Assembly: GCF_011386835.1 (NCBI RefSeq)
Contig: NC_088800.1
Span: 14,694,001 to 14,758,000 of the forward strand
Reading direction: 5' to 3'
Length of the DNA: 64,000 bases
DNA from: Chrysemys picta bellii
Taxonomy: Eukaryota
Below, one piece after another: positions 48,404 through 60,084 of the stretch; position 1 is the first letter of the stretch, and every line of letters begins with the position of its first letter. The notes below the pieces were generated by a model that saw only the letters and a program-made list of their open reading frames with translations, was not told the DNA's origin and did not search any database. The position numbers were made by a program, and so were the translations under genes.

Positions 48404-48562
48404 TCATAGATTCATAGGTTTTTAAGAGCAGAAGGGACTGTTAGCTCATCTAGTCTGGCCTCCTGCATAACACATGCAATGGAGCCCCCCACAGTAATCG
48501 CTGCATCGAGCCCATAATGTATGGTTGAGCTAGAGCAGATCTTCTAGAAAGACGTCCCATCT
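48404..48562 (-). mobile_element. CR1 3' end fragment
   Basis: TCATAGATTCATAGG...AGAAGGGACTGTTAGCTCATCTAGTCTGGCCTCCTGCATAACACA. Confidence 0.7.
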
Positions 48563-49779
48563 TTGTCCATCTGTGATTGACATTGCTGTCAATCCAGCGC
48601 TGACAGTGATGGTAATAATAACAATGATGGGTATAAGTGGGAAACCCTTCTGGTCACCCATGAGCAACTGACCGATGGCCCAGCTTCCAAGGCAGCTCCC
48701 TGAGCAGCAACCAGTCCATTTATCACAGCGGGAGGCTGAAAGAGGAATGCTTATCTCTTTAAATTGCCGAGCCCTGTTCTTTGGATCACTGCTTGCTCAA
48801 TAATCTTGCCTCCCTCCCACAGATGTGTGTCCCAGCTGGTTAGCTCTACATCTCAGGGCAATCAGTGTGTGCTCAGTGCACCGAGCAGGTACGGCGGGGC
48901 ACAGGGAGGGCATGTGACAGCTGTGTTGAAGGAGAGCGAGCGTAGGGAAAGATGGAGGCTCAGGGAATGGGACTGGAGCATTTAATTAGGGAGAGAGCTG
49001 GTGGTGTAGGCCTGGGCGGGAGAGGACAGGTGGCATCTGAAAAGAATCAAGTAGTCAGCGAGTGGCAGAGACGCTGGGGGTAGCAGGAGGGCAGGACTTA
49101 TCACCCTTTGTAGTTGCCACTTCATGCTTAACAGTCTGTTACCTCCAAACTAGGAATCCTTGTATCGCTTCTTGGGGCTTTCATTTGTCTGGACTGGCCT
49201 TTCTGAAAAAACCTCGCTCTGATGGAGTCCTCCTGCTGCTCAAGTCACACCTGCCTCCAGGCTCATTCTTCAGCTTGATCTCAACTTTCCCCTATGTTCC
49301 TCTGCTACTGTCCCCCTGCTCCATACTGCCCCCTTCAAATCACTGAAACCCTTCCACATCCTCTCTCTCCCTCTGTTTTCATTTGTAGTCCCTGTGGCAC
49401 ACAGAATGGCCTCCTTAACTCTACTTGCCTGTCGATATGATGGGTAACTGCGGGGGCTGCTGGAAGAAAGCCCTGCTCTTGGGTTCTGTAAGTCTGCTGA
49501 GCCACAGGTGACTGGAAGATATCTTGGTGCTCTACAGACCCCAGGGACGTTCTGGGTCCCTACAGAAGCCCTCGTCCAGTAGGTCCAAGAACGTTTGTAG
49601 GTGTGGAGCACAGGGCCTTCACCAAGCCCCAGGACTTTCCCCTCCAAGCTGTGAACTGGGCCCCTCTTTTTTTTCTCCGACACTAAGCTAACAGGAAGCA
49701 GGGGTCAGGGCATCTTTGCTGAGCTGTCTCACTCTCATCATAACCACCTTCCCTCCCTGCTGGCTAGTCCCAATAGCCA

Positions 49780-49924
49780 GGCCTTGCCTTTACAGGCTGG
49801 GAAACAGGCAGAGCTACACCATGCTCCCGGTCAACCTGCTAATGTGTTAAAACTAAACACTGGATGTTACCACCTGTTAGCTAACATGGTTAAAAATCAC
49901 CTCTTTTCCCAGTGAAGGCAGCCC
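49780..49924. mobile_element. Possible Harbinger-type MITE
   Basis: Imperfect TIRs GGCCTTGCCTTTACAGGCTGGGAAA / TTTCCCAGTGAAGGCAGCCC followed by TAA. Confidence 0.3.
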
Positions 49925-52332
49925 TAAAGGGGGGGTTGCATGAAGCTTGATTAGTTAATGTTTGTAAAATAGCTGAGATCCTTCCGTGAATGTGGGTCAA
50001 CAAGGACAAAACATTGTTATTGGCATTTCACTTTAAGAACGCCTGTCTGTCCCCATGAAGTGCACTTCCCCCTGCGCTCCTGGCACTGCAGACCCCTCCA
50101 GAATGACCCCTGGGGTGGTGGGCTACTGGAAATGGCAAAGTCAGGTCATGCATATACACAAGTCTGTGACTGCCTAACACAGCGAAAGCCAGTGAGAGAT
50201 GAATATGTAATGGTACAATCTGCAGCAGCTCTGCTTGGACTCCATAGGCAGCGCTCCAGCTTCTCGATAATAGCTTCTTTAGGAGACAAAATGAGACTCG
50301 TCCAGACTGGGACTGAGAAATGAAGCATTTTGGAGTCACAGCAGGAACGTGCTGCTGTTGTTGGAGCCCTCTGCCCGTTGCCTGGCTCCCTGGGCAGAGA
50401 GGAGGCATTGTTATCTGCCATTAGCACTCTCAGGGACTTTACCTGGAATTACTGATCCACATTCATAAACATGATCATGCTAATTGCCTGCCACAGCAGC
50501 CGCTCTCGCCCGTCGCTGCCTCCTCCCTGTGCTGGGACATCGCATGTATTCATTTCCGTTCCCAATCCAAATGTCAAGATGTCTTTATTCCACAGCCCAC
50601 TTTGATTAAAGGGGACAGGAGGAGGCTAGAGAGAGTGAGACAGAACGAGAGAAATGCAGGGACAGCAGAAACCGACAAGGACAATGGACTAAACTGTGAC
50701 CTGGTATAAGCCAGTGCATCTCCATTAACGTCAGCGGAGTTGCACCGGCTTACACCAGGCCTGAATTTGGCCCAGTGACAGAGCATGTCGGGAATATTGG
50801 TCTAATAACCACGGACGAACTTTCCTTTGCCCTCAAGCCCAAGAGCTTTACAGACCAATATTCTACAGGAGCCAGCTGTGGTGAGTCATGTACACAGCGT
50901 GAATAGCTTCTGTCTCACTAGCAAGGATTATTGTGTAACAATTAAAATATTGCGGGACAGGAAATGGCTAGCGATCAACAGCCAAGCCATCCAAACTCAT
51001 CTAGCCTTCTAAGATCACACTTGCTTCTTTCTCACTCTGAGCCAGGCCAATAATAGTGAATTATTCATTCTACAAATTTAGCTTTTTATTCTATCCACTA
51101 TCTAGTCAAGTTTTCCAGTTTTGTTCATTATTCAAGATGGTTCAGATGCTTTACGCAAATATATCTCAGCCTCTGGGTTTGATGTAAACAATTCACCTTT
51201 GCTTCTTTGTGCTATCTGATTACTCACTTTATTCACATGCCTTGGGCTTTGATTTCTGATGGGATCACGTAAACTTTCCCGGACAAGAGGAAGGGAAATG
51301 AAAGATTTCAAGAGGGTGAGGGAACATATCTATCCTGCACCAACTTTCCCACTAACATGAGGAATCATGAACTTTCACTTTCCACAAACATGCTTGGGAA
51401 CAAAGGGAGCTCACTTGTCTGAATGCTGCTGAAAACAAAACGGGGACACAAATTTAATGTGCAGTCAGATAAGTACAGGTAGACGACTGCGCTCACACAG
51501 AGGACAATGAAGTCAGTTTGAGGGCCACATGCACTGGTCTAATTGCGGGATCAGGGCCATAATCTGAACAAAGGGTTTTTGCATAGTTCACCCAGCTCTA
51601 GTCTTGCTGGTGGATGCGAAGTGACAGCTGTGCAACTGCTTTCCTGTATCCTTTCTGAAACATAAAACCAGGGAAGATCTGCTCAGTGAGCGATTGCAGC
51701 TTCAAATGAGCTCCGAGCTCTTGTTAATAATGACATAATACAGGAAATGCAGAATAAAAATTGTGGTTAGTCAAATAAGCTGAATCCACTATATTTTGAC
51801 TTGTCTGTTTCCATGCCTGTGAGCAAGTGGACAGCTGGGCTGCAGATTGTTTGGGGGGCCTATGACCTCCATGTTCCCTCAATCTAAGCAATAGATAACA
51901 GGCTTGTAAAACTGCAAAAGGCTGTTTTCACAACTGCTTGTGCATGGGGTTCTTTGCAATTAAAAGGAAGTGTTATAACTTTGCATGAACTTGGGAAAAT
52001 TGCATGCCCTTTTAATATATAGGGTTTGCAAAACAAGACCTCTGAGCAAAGATGAAGAGAAATGGATGTGTTTGATCTTGCAAACGCTGACTGATAAGGT
52101 CTTATAAATTCAGAAAGGGATGTGTTAGAGGAGAAGAATCCATTAGTCTTGTTAGTCGATCAGCACAGAACAACAGTGATGGGCTTAAACTGCAGTAGGG
52201 AAACTTTGGGTTACATTTTTAGGAAAACCTCTATGACTGGATGCAGCTGAGAAAGTTGGTTATGGCTGCCTGATCCTGGGGTTAGTTCTACACTGGCCCC
52301 AACCCAGTCAAAGATTATAGCAGCTTGTAAGC

Positions 52333-52520
52333 CAGGGATCGGCAACCTTTGGTACATGGCCTGCCAGGGAAAGCCACTGGTGGGCCGGGGCAGTTCGTTT
52401 ATCTGCAGTGTCTGCAGGTTCGGCCGATCGCCGCTCCCACTGGCCGCAGTTCGCCGTGCCAGGCCAATGGGGGCTGCGGGAAGGGGTGGCCAGCCCAACC
52501 CTCAGCCCGTGCCGCTTCCC
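52333..52520. mobile_element. Palindromic hAT MITE, left half only
   Basis: CAGGGATCGGCAACCTTTGG start and family body; truncated near the centre. Confidence 0.8.
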
Positions 52521-52568
52521 CTGAGTGAAGAGGCGACCTCTTACAGAGGAGAGAGACACTCACTAGAG

Positions 52569-53005
52569 CAGGGGTGGCCAACCTGTGGCTCCGGAGCCAC
52601 ATGCGGCTCTTCAGAAGTTAATATGCGGCTCCTTGTATAGGCACCGACTCCGAGGCTGCAGCTACAGGTGCCAATTTTCCAATGTGCCGGGGGGGTGCTC
52701 ACTGCTCAACCCCTGGCTCTGCCACAGGCCCTGCCCCCACTCCACCCCTTCCTGTGCCCTCCCCTGAGCCTGCCGTGCCCACGCTCCTTCACCATCCCTC
52801 CAGAGCCTCCTGCATGCCATGAAACAGCTGATCGGGAGGTGCAGGGAGGGAGGGGGAGGCGCTGATTGGCGGGGCTGCCAGTGGGTTGGAGACGCTGGGA
52901 GCGGGTGGGGAGCTGATGGGGGACTGCTGCCGTATTACTGTGGCTCTTTGGCAATGTACATTGGTAAATTCTGGCTCCTTCTCAGGCTCAGGTTGGCCAC
53001 CCCTG
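52569..53005. mobile_element. hAT MITE (CAGGGGTGGCCAACC TIR family)
   Basis: TIRs CAGGGGTGGCCAACCTG / CAGGTTGGCCACCCCTG; perfect 8-bp TSD cactagag. Confidence 0.92.
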
Positions 53006-55889
53006 CACTAGAGCCATAGAAAGAGGGAGTCTCAGAGTCTATGGGTTTGCCATTGACTTCAATAGGGCCAGGATTTCACGCTGTGTGAACTACTGCTTTA
53101 CCATGGGATTGAGCCTAATTTCTTAGTCAGGCAACACTGTGAATGTGCTGCGTATAATGCAGAGAATGCCAATGTGCTCGTTAACATCAACTTGATCTTA
53201 ACAAGAGTTTGCACCAAGTTACCAGCAGTTACCTATCCTGGACGGATTCGGGGATCATTAAATTAGGGTATGTCTATACCCCAAATGAAGGTGCGATTAC
53301 AGTGCAGGTAAACTGGCTGTCTAGCTTTGAACATTTCCAAGAGTTTGCACAGCTTTGCTGCCTGGAGAAGCCAGGATACGTCTATCACTCTGCACCTCCC
53401 ATTTACAAACCTCCCAGCTGTGTGTGGGAACCAAGGAACAACAGCCCGTTTCTGCTAGCTGCTGTGTACATGTAATTTCTTCCTGCCGTACTTTCTACCC
53501 ATCTCATTTCCAATGGCAGCTGCTGGTAACCCCGTGCAATTTTTCTCAACTGTCTTGGCGCACCTGGTATTTCTGCAGGCGGAGTGTTGAAGGACGAGGC
53601 TGCTGTCTCCTGCGGAAAGAATCCTCTCAGGTACATTAACTGCACTTTCCAGGCCACTGAGGAAGACATGGCGGCATTATGTAAAGGTCACAAAATGCTA
53701 CCAATCTGCTGGCTGCTTCTGAGCTGGAACAAAAGGAGGTGGTGGAGGGAGAAAGAGACACAGAGCAATAGTTCTCACATGATCTCAGCCCTGTAAATAG
53801 CTCTGCCCTGGAAAAACGAGCTGAGCCTGTATTTGCCACAATATTATTTATAGAATAAATGTGGTCAGTTCTTCTGCTCATATAATATCCGTGCCCTGAT
53901 GAGGTTTCCCAAATGGAGTCATTATTCTAAATACCTCGACTTTTTTCAAATTTATTTCCCCATACAGATTGGTCTGCAACAGTCCCCTGTGAGGGTTCAG
54001 TATGCACTATTCAGGTGGTGAGGGCTAGCTATGATTGGCCAGGTAAGTCACATGATCTCAGGCTTGTTTCTCTCCTCTGATAGGGTGAGCCCGAAAGCAC
54101 TTCCTTTGCAATTCCGCGAGTGGTAAATTAAGAAATCAGTTTCTGGAAAGGTCTGTGCATGCTTTCCACGAACGCCTGCGCCAGGAAAAGTCAGCTGCAG
54201 TCATGGTCATGGTCGTGGTCATGGAAAGTGACCACAAAGGGGGCTTGATTTGAAAATCAAGGACCGAATTCTGCTCTGATTTACAGTGGTGCAAACCGTG
54301 AGTAACTCCACCGAAAAACAATTAGAGATTCTCACTTATCCCAGATTATCTAAATACCACCATATTGGGGTTCCTGTGCAGCCGGCTCCCCAGCGTGTTT
54401 TAGGTTCTGAGGACTTTTGCAGTAGGAAAGGAAATAACAAGAGGGGATTTTAATTGCATAATTGACTATGGAAAAAGCTAGTGAAGCTAAGCAAAATAGC
54501 AACTGCAGTTCAGGTAATAAAAAAAAAAAACCTCGCAGAACTAATCCTCTGACGCACGGAGAAGGCTGTCTCCATTAGCCTGTGCTAACACCTCCTACTC
54601 AAGTACTTGGCGTGTGTATACCTGCACTGATTATGGTTTTTGTATCTCTGCGTGCAAGTTCACTTTTGTTTCAACGGCTATGGGCATCGTGTTATGGTCT
54701 GATCGCTCCCCACTAACAATGACTTGGCAGGATAAAGCAGGGCCAGCAATTCCTAAAGAATAGAAAATTAAGAATTACCTACACCAGTAGTATCCCATGG
54801 TCTTACAGAATATAATAAACAAGATTAGAAATGGCTACAAAACCAAATGACCTTCCAGGGCCCTCCTAGGAAGTTATTGTGGGACTGTCATTAGGGGGGA
54901 ATTAATTAGCTTAGCAGCAGGGAGGGGGGGAAATGTTTGAAATAGACGGCTGTAGATTTAGGGAAGAGGTTTAATAACTAGGAGAAATACATAAGGGGAG
55001 AGGAACATAAAAATTAAATTACAGTTTGAAGTCAATTTAAACCTTTTAATTTCTGAAAAGACAGAACAAGCCCTCGGGTGGTGAAAGGGGGAAAGCAACA
55101 TCGAATTGCTCAGCCGACCAGCTTAGGGCAAAGACGGGGAAACAAATGGCTACAGCAATGAGGCTGCAAAGGGAGATGTGATACTGAACCACAGCATCAT
55201 CTCCCAAAAGATATTGGTTCTCATTCTCCCCCACGCTGGGGTACCTCTGGAGTCCCGCCACTGACCTCAATGGAGTGCCCCTGGGGTCAGAGAGAGGAGA
55301 GTCAGGCCCAGACAATGCAAGCCACCTTCTTTAAACAAAGAAATGAGAAGGGGCTGGATTTCTGCTGCCAGCTTCCACACTGGGGGGGCAGGACACTGAA
55401 TTATGAAGGAGCGAGGGGAGTGGAATTCCAGCTCGTATGCTTTGCTGGTTTCTGTTCCTTCTCTGCCGGGAGGGGGGATGGGCTAAGAAGAAGGCTTTTG
55501 AGTTTCCCATGGTAGGTGAGTGCATGCAGGGCCATGATGGCCAGTCAGAGGAGGCGAATTGTCTCACAACAGAGCTGGTTCTCCTTGGGCCTAGGTCAAC
55601 TTTCCAGGTTCACTCTCTACAGAGAACTAAAGCTGAAATGAGCAGGATGTCTGACAGTGCCCAGTCAGTACCAGAGACGATCAGGTGACATGCACTTGAA
55701 AGCACCGTGATCTATGGATAATTTTACTGCTACGACAAAGGTCTCAGCTGGGATCTCCATGGACACTAACTGCTCTGAGCACTGCCATGGGCAATAACTT
55801 TCCCAGTGTATGGCTGGGCTGTTATCAATATAAGCCCATTGGAATGTCGTATTCAATAACAACACTAGACACTCCCATCTGCTCCCGTC

Positions 55890-56095
55890 TTCAGAGAGCT
55901 TCCCTGCATTGACCCAGTCACTCTCACAGCCTCCTGGCTGAGCAGAGAAAGGGCACCAGTCCCAGAGGGCAGATGGGGAAACTCAGGCACAGAGGGGGAG
56001 TGACTTAGCCAAGATCATGCGGTCAATCAATGGTGCAGCTGACCAAAGAAACAGGGTGTGACTCCACGTTCCCTGCTCTGACCAGCATGCTCCCG
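55890..56095 (+). mobile_element. MIR/CORE-type SINE
   Basis: CAGATGGGGAAACTCAGGCACAGAG...AGTGACTTAGCCAAGATCA CORE motif. Confidence 0.6.
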
Positions 56096-56277
56096 CCCGG
56101 AGACAGAAACGGTTCAAAGGAGTCCTAACTCCAGTAATCTCTCTGGCCCTCTTGACAACCTGGGCATGAGAGCCTGCCTGCTGATTGCCAGGCTTCCAGC
56201 ATGTGTAATAGGCATATCAGATACACACTTCATCCACTGGAGGTGGGCATGAGGGGCAGACTTCACTGTACATGACA

Positions 56278-56820
56278 TGTCACAGGTCAGGGTAACTGCA
56301 CCTGTATTTCCCTCTCATGGTCCAGCAAGGGCATCCACTGTAGGCTCCAGGTTCCTCAGCCATCACCTCTCTTGGGTGGAGACATGCTGCTCTCTCCCTC
56401 CTCACCAGGGTATTTCCAGGCTGCCCAGTTCCCCAACTATCCTGTGATATCCCCACACCACTTCAAAGATGGCACTGAGTGTGACTGCCACGGTTAAGCT
56501 GCTACACAGCTCTTTCTAAGCAAGTGCGTTTATTCTTAAGGTGAATGCAGTACAGAGAAAACAGATTAAAGCAACAAAAGAACCCCCACAAGTGCTAATA
56601 AGTTTACCAGAGATCACCCCAACTCCAGCCAGGCTCTGGCTGGTGAACAGTTCAGCAAGCCCCACACAGGGGTTCTTCTGTGGTCACAAGGCCCTAACCG
56701 ATCTCACTCAGAACAGGCAGCCAGAGTGAATTTGCCTAATAATCCCCCACTGGTTTTAGTACCTGGAGGAGCCGTGGTTACCCTCCCCCATGGAATAACA
56801 TACAATCCCTGGCTCACAAC
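56278..56820 (-). mobile_element. LTR-like remnant
   Basis: TGTCACAGGTCAGGGTAACTGCACCTGTA terminus and TTTATT (minus-strand AATAAA) at ~56529; other end and TSD unresolved. Confidence 0.45.
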
Positions 56821-57037
56821 GCTACATACATTTAATTCAATAAGGTTTGTCCAGGACATTGTAGAAAATTGCCCTCTCGGTTGCAGTATGCAAAGGGGGC
56901 ACTCTCCAACCCCTCAGGGACTGACATGGCTGGGCGAGATGTGGAATGGGTGCTCTGGGCCTGCCTGGGCTCCCTCGCCCAGCCCCTGGGGGATGGACAT
57001 TGGGTGGGCGAGGCGTGGATTGGTTGCTGAGCTCACT

Positions 57038-57127
57038 GGCCCCGTCCCTTATGGAAGACTAGTGATTTTGTTGTTCTATAGCTCATCTCATGACAACAAG
57101 TCACAGTCTGCCTTATGGTGCATGGCC
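57038..57127 (+). ncRNA. MIR7-2: microRNA miR-7 precursor, most likely paralogue miR-7-2
   Basis: Exact mature miR-7-5p TGGAAGACTAGTGATTTTGTTGTT at 57052-57075; complementary 3p arm CAACAAGTCACAGTCTGCCTTA at 57094-57115; 18-nt loop; closing GGCC/GGCC. The paralogue call rests on recalled chicken mir-7-2/miR-3529 sequence. Confidence 0.95.
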
Positions 57128-57290
57128 TCCTCGTCGACACCGTGCCCCGCACTTCCTGAAGCTGTTGAACACTGCCTGCGTTCCCTCCAGCTCCCCACCG
57201 TTGTGCTCTCTCTGGGGTACAGCAAGGTGAATAGAGTGCATTAAGGGTGCGATGCATGGATACCCTGGGGCAGCCAGATGCCACCTCTCC

Positions 57291-57361
57291 GTTTCTGATC
57301 ACCTCAGTTGTTGCTTTTGTGAGGATCTCAAGAGAAAGCAATGAGAGGGTGGGTCTGAAAC
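57291..57361 (+). ncRNA. MIR1720: Second pre-miRNA hairpin, miR-1720-like
   Basis: GTTTCTGATCACCTCAGTTGTTGCTTT pairs with AAAGCAATGAGAGGGTGGGTCTGAAAC; the 3p arm 57336-57358 resembles recalled chicken miR-1720-3p (AAGCAACGAGAGGUCGGUCUGA), which I recall clusters with mir-7-2. Confidence 0.68.
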
Positions 57362-58224
57362 CCATACTTACATCTGCCAGAGCAAGCAGCATCCAGCATC
57401 CCAGCACGGTCATCCCAGGGAACCTGCACTCCTTCCAGGAGTCCGATCAAGGTTAGTTAGTACTTGGGCATCAGCCCAGGTCGGAGGGAGAGAACCTGGA
57501 GTTCTGGGCTTCAGTGATTCTGAGCAGACCTTCAGACGGTGTCTCATAGTGGGGTCTGTGTATGTGCGTTCTTGAGGGTTTGTGTGTGTATGTGTGAGAG
57601 AGAGAGCTTCCCAGCATTGTGTGTCAGAGAGAGATCAGGCAGCTTCCTGGGATTGTGCACATCTCCAGCTCTGAGTATCTGCACAGTCTGTCTGCGTCTC
57701 CCCAGGCTTGCATGTGGAGCTCTGTGCACTTGCTCACTCATCCGCTCTCCTGTCTGCTGCTCCCCATCCTACTCTCACTCCACTCCTGCCTTTCACTGAC
57801 GCTCTGCTTTTCATTCACCTCCTGCTCTATTCCCCTATGTGATTTGATTGGTTAAGTGCAGGGGGCTGAAGGAAATGCCATTCACACTTTCGCCCTGCAA
57901 CAAGCCTTAAAGAAGCTGTTCTTCTCCAGAACTCAAACCACAAAAAAGTTCAGTGGAGTTCTACTACCAACGCTCAGACTCACAATGTTCGAGTGGCTTC
58001 AGAATCCCTTGTGATGCACTTCAAGTGTCTCCAAGGAGAAGCAAATGAACGTAACCAATCCACTTCTCCAACCCCACACAGAGCCTCTAATGAGCCACAC
58101 ACACTATTCACTTAGCTCTTACTTTTATCAAAGGCAGAACCTGCAGTTTTGCAGTTACCATAGTTTTTGGAACCACAGCAATAAAATACTCCTTGGCAGT
58201 AATTTTAAGGGCAGCTCTCTCTCT

Positions 58225-58229
<5 letters not shown>

Positions 58230-58272
<43 letters not shown>
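58230..58272. repeat. (GA)n microsatellite
   Basis: About 21 consecutive GA units. Confidence 0.95.
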
Positions 58273-58275
<3 letters not shown>

Positions 58276-58761
58276 TTTGGGACTTCCATGTGCATCAGAG
58301 ATACAAGGTACTGTATGGTGACATAAATGGATCATGTACATTTGCTATAGCTAGGCAGGGTAGTTGAATCACAAACATTGCAGTAATGGCGTGAATAACC
58401 ACGGCTGCAATGACATGCAGAGGGCGGCAGAAAAGCAACCCGAGTTCGTCAGTGCTCTGTCACCGGTCAACACAGCAGGTATGTGGTGAGTTGATGCCCT
58501 CTGCTCACTAGCTATTGGAGGACTCAGCATCTCTTGGCTTTCCAGGTGCCTGGTTTCACTCCCCTGTACATTGTTTTCATCTTAAACGTCCATTTTTTGT
58601 CTCTTTTTCCATTTTCAAAAGCATGTCAGGGCCACGGGGCCAGGCATTGCCCGGGCAGCCAATCAGTGGAGCAGGACATAGGCATGCCATTGCCTCCTGA
58701 ATAGGCACCACTACCTTGGAATTGGTTACAGTGATCCACGTGCCCACAGAGAGGGTTGTAT

Positions 58762-58932
58762 TAGTAGATTTTAAAGCCAAAATGGACCTTTAGATCGTCT
58801 AGTCTGATCTCCTGCACCATACAGGCCATAACTCCTCATCAGTGATCCCTGCATCAAGCCCATCGCTTCTGGGTGAGCTTTTTGAAAGACATCCAGTCTG
58901 TAAAGGCTTTAAGTGATGGAGAATCTACCATC
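58762..58932 (-). mobile_element. CR1 3' end fragment, old
   Basis: TAGATTTTAAAGCCAAAATGGACCTTTAGATCGTCTAGTCTGATCTCCTGCACCATACAGGCCA...AGTGATGGAGAATCTACCA. Confidence 0.65.
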
Positions 58933-59448
58933 CTCCTCTAGGTGAGACAAAGCCTTTATGACTTAGAAATAGGGGAAAGAAAGGTCCCCCGCTCCCTCCG
59001 CCATGCTGCTCCCAGGACAAGAGAGGCAGACAGGTTCGTCTACCAACATGCTAACCAATGGCAAATTGGCCCTGCTGAAAGATCTGTGGCCAGGTGGCTT
59101 CTGACCCAGCTCACTGAATTGCAGCACTTCTGTGTATGAACATAGACTCATAGACTCTAAGACCAGAAGGGACCATCATGAGCATCTAGTCTATCCTGCA
59201 CATTGCAGGCCACAGAACCTCACCCACCCACTCCTGTAATAGGCCCGTAACTTCTGGCTGAGTTACTGAAGTCCTCGAATCTTGATCCGAAGACTTCAAG
59301 TTACAGGGTTCCACCATTTACTCTAATTCAAACCAGCAACATGCCTGTACTCCATGCTGTGCAGGAAGGTGAAAATCACCCAGGGTCTCTGCCAATCTGT
59401 CTGGGGTAAAAATTCCTTCCAGACCCCAAATCTGGTGATCAGTTAGAC

Positions 59449-59767
59449 CAGGGGTCGGCAACCTTTGGCACGCGGCTTGCCAGGGTAAGCACCCTGGTGG
59501 GCCGGGCCAGTTTATTTACCTGCTGACGCGGCAGGTTCGGCCGATCGCGGCCCCCATTGGCCGTGGTTCGCCGTCCCGGGCCAATGGGGGTGACGGGAAG
59601 CGGCGCGGGCCGAGGGATGTGCTGGCCGTGGCTTCCTGCCGCCCCCATTGGCCCGGGACTGCGAACCGCGATCGGCCAAACCTGCCGTGTCAGCAGGTAA
59701 ATAAACTGGCCCGGCCCGCCAGGGTGCTTACCCTGGCGAACCGCGTGCCAAAGGTTGCTGACCCCTG
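59449..59767. mobile_element. Palindromic hAT MITE (CAGGGGTCGGCAAC TIR family) nested in CR1
   Basis: TIRs CAGGGGTCGGCAACC / GGTTGCTGACCCCTG; perfect 8-bp TSD agttagac. Confidence 0.93.
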
Positions 59768-59980
59768 AGTTAGACCCTGAGCATGTGGGCAAGACCCACC
59801 AGGCAGACACCTGGGAAAGAATTCTCTGTAGTAACTCAGAGCTCTCTGCATCTAGTGTCCTGTCTCCAACAGTTGGAGAGATTTGCTAATAGCAGTCATG
59901 GATGAGCCATATGCCATTGTCAGCAATCTCATTGTACCATCCCCTACATAAAAGTATCACGCTCGGTCTTAAACCAGGTT

Positions 59981-60084
59981 CAGGGGTGCTGGATTACTTT
60001 TTATAGTGGGGGTGCTGAGAGCCACTGAATCAAACTGTAAACCCTGTATAGACTGGAAACCACATGAAGCCTCCAGCACCTATG
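59981..60084. mobile_element. Short hAT MITE nested in CR1
   Basis: CAGGGGTGCTGGA / TCCAGCACCTATG ends; TSD accaggtt/aacaggtt. Confidence 0.75.

Noticed and set aside
54195-54240. (GGTCAT)n hexamer run resembling nuclear-receptor half-sites
   Set aside because: More simply a short slippage repeat; half-sites are imperfect with no defined DR spacing.
47000-57000. A miR-1179-like hairpin upstream of miR-7, as in the human cluster
   Set aside because: No AAGCATTCTTTCATTGG-like sequence was seen by eye.
57456-57467. GTTAGTACTTGG, matching part of the 5S rRNA internal control region
   Set aside because: Only 12 nt match; no flanking 5S or AmnSINE1 similarity.
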